Below are positions 62,444 to 64,000 of a stretch of DNA of 64,000 nt, piece after piece (the stretch's first letter is position 1; the number at the start of each line of letters is the position of its first letter). The stretch spans positions 1,952,001 to 2,016,000 of the forward strand of contig OY759746.1 of assembly GCA_963662795.1 (NCBI GenBank), given 5' to 3'. Position numbers and translations under genes: made by a program. The notes below the pieces were generated by a model. The model searched no databases, had not been told where the DNA came from, and saw nothing but the letters and a program-made list of their open reading frames with translations. The stretch is from Spirochaetia bacterium. GTDB lineage: Bacteria; Spirochaetota; Spirochaetia; CADAEX01.

Positions 62444-63181
62444 GTGAATAGTCTTAAAAAAGCCATTAAATTAGAAAAAAAAGGAAACTATAAAGCAGCT
62501 TTAGTTTCATATAAAAAGATTGAGACAGATGATTTATCTGAAAAAGAACATTTATATGTAAATAGATCGATCGCTGCCTGTTTATTCTATCTAAGAGAAT
62601 ATGATAAAGCAATTCAGGAATATGAAAAAATACTCAAAGAATTCTTTTTGGATACATTTTTAAAAAATCAAATAAAAGAGAATATGCAATTATGCTTTTT
62701 ATATGGTTCTTCAGCACAGAAAGCAATAGAGTATTTTAAAAATAGAATATTGAATGAAAAAAGCAATATAGAAAAGAAATGCTGGTGGTATTGGTATACA
62801 GGACAAGGATTTCAAAGATTAAAAGAATTTAAAGCAGCTGAAATAGCTTATAAACATGCATATCAAACATCAAAAGAATTAAACAGTCCAAAGGAAGATT
62901 TTTATCTTCTTTATATAGCAGTAATAAAAATATTTCAAAAACAATTACAAAATGCTGATGAAATATTAGTTTTATATAAAGAAATATATAATCAAAAAGA
63001 TATAACTGGGTTGTTTCAAATAATTACGGGTTTAGTTGCTATGCAAAAAGATTTTACTAAAGGACAGAAGCTTTATCATAATGGAATCAAAAAAGCCAAA
63101 AAAGGAAAGTGGATAGAAAACATTGAACTTGCCGAAGAGTTATTAAAAGTCTGTAAAGAAGAAAGCTATGTCAAAAGATGA
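62444..63181 (+). CDS. TPR protein
   Basis: GNYKAAL, EYDKAIQEYEK repeats. Confidence 0.7.
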   Translation: MNSLKKAIKLEKKGNYKAALVSYKKIETDDLSEKEHLYVNRSIAACLFYLREYDKAIQEYEKILKEFFLDTFLKNQIKENMQLCFLYGSSAQKAIEYFKNRILNEKSNIEKKCWWYWYTGQGFQRLKEFKAAEIAYKHAYQTSKELNSPKEDFYLLYIAVIKIFQKQLQNADEILVLYKEIYNQKDITGLFQIITGLVAMQKDFTKGQKLYHNGIKKAKKGKWIENIELAEELLKVCKEESYVKR

Positions 63182-63674
63182 TATAATTGTTAAAAAAATA
63201 TTTCCGCCGCTTGATGATTTATACATGCTTTTGAAAAAAATGCAAAAAGTATTGAATGTGGAAATCAATGAAGAAGATTTTGTTATAGGTAAAAAGCAAT
63301 TATTTTATATTTTTATGCATGAGACAATGCATGCCTTTATCTCTAAAAAAGCACATTGGATATATGATCTTGCTGAATATGAAACAGATTTTATTGATGA
63401 AGTAGTCGCAAGAATAATAATTGATGATTTGATAAAAGAATTAAATATCTACGAAAAGTTGGATTTATTTTATGAAAACCATATTAATCACAGAAAAGAT
63501 CTTCCAAAATATGGTTACAATTTAACCCCAGAACAGTATGACGGAATCGAAAGAGAATATTATAGAAATCATTCGAAAGAAAAAGATATTAATGGCTTCT
63601 GTCATTTTGTTCATGATGAGTATAAAAGACTTGGTATTAAACGGAGAGAAGATTTTTCATATAAACAGAATTAA
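63168..63674 (+). CDS. Hypothetical protein with HExxH motif
   Basis: MHETMHA..DEVVAR. Confidence 0.6.
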   Translation: MSKDDIIVKKIFPPLDDLYMLLKKMQKVLNVEINEEDFVIGKKQLFYIFMHETMHAFISKKAHWIYDLAEYETDFIDEVVARIIIDDLIKELNIYEKLDLFYENHINHRKDLPKYGYNLTPEQYDGIEREYYRNHSKEKDINGFCHFVHDEYKRLGIKRREDFSYKQN

Positions 63675-63704
63675 GAAAATATTTAATAGCTAATATATAA
63701 AGAA

Positions 63705-63960
63705 GTCCGGCCTTGGCTTCCAGCCGTACGGCCTGGACAAGAAGGGGACGTACAGCTGCTAACAGCGAATGACCGGTTCCGGCTGTTTCTAAGGAAGCAG
63801 CCTCCACCCAAATTGCCGAAATAATACATGTTAAAAATAATGGAATAGAGTATAAACTTTTGGAGTGAAAAACACCATCGGCAACTTCGGTCATTCGCGG
63901 GACGTTATGCTCAATACCAGCCGCAAGATGCGATCGCCCGGACCTCCGGCCAACGGGCGA
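63705..63960. repeat. Junction R38 (E; gamma; G)
   Basis: TAAC 63760, GTT 63904. Confidence 0.9.
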
Positions 63961-64000
63961 GGATCTAAATATAAATTAATGTAAAAATGGAGAGATTAAT

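Larger units (their letters stand above)
1..64000 (+). mobile_element. Large integron-like cassette array (no integrase in window): 37 complete outer units, 38 composite junctions, nested classical cassettes
   Basis: Regular alternation of mostly + strand ORFs with conserved structured repeats containing AAC...GTT core triplets; typical cassette cargo. Confidence 0.9.

Noticed and set aside
134-63894. Dozens of 60-130 aa ORFs overlapping junctions (e.g. 258-617, 3865-4206, 28214-28600, 54949-55296) and antisense ORFs inside genes
   Set aside because: These are products of GC-rich stop-poor repeats or shadow frames; frames and lengths are not conserved between copies.
274-63960. CRISPR array or TIGR-like guide array
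   Set aside because: Repeats are ~180-295 bp and separated by genes. The variable 20-mers are reused and pair with the other end of the same unit. No cas genes are present.
1-64000. Integrase, transposase or reverse transcriptase for the array
   Set aside because: No ORF shows tyrosine-recombinase, DDE, HUH or RT motifs; the enzyme must lie outside the window or be absent.

Overview
AT-rich bacterial window, probably from a spirochaete (FlaB-like flagellin motifs, Treponema-type attC sites). It is entirely one gene-cassette array, and no integrase is visible in it. 38 composite junction repeats (~180-295 bp) separate 37 complete cargo units. Cargo includes TA pairs, RM/Vsr, CBASS, AIPR, an Mrr-like nuclease, Roco, a kinase, MATE/MarR, rocD and many hypotheticals. 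The array is not a standard integron. (1) Every unit starts with GTT plus a ~20-nt arm and ends with the complementary arm plus AAC. There are 11 covarying arm classes ('addresses') and 37/37 units match end to end. (2) Conserved GC-rich hairpins lie just inside the arms. (3) Between units sits an attC-like AAC...GTT hairpin with non-canonical geometry (1x5 loop). It comes in a few families that assort independently of cargo, even for duplicated units. (4) Seven units carry an attI-like leader, and six of them hold ordinary integron cassettes with classical attC sites, giving a nested two-tier cassette system. Units with the same address cluster in runs. All calls come from reading the sequence by eye; no searches were run.
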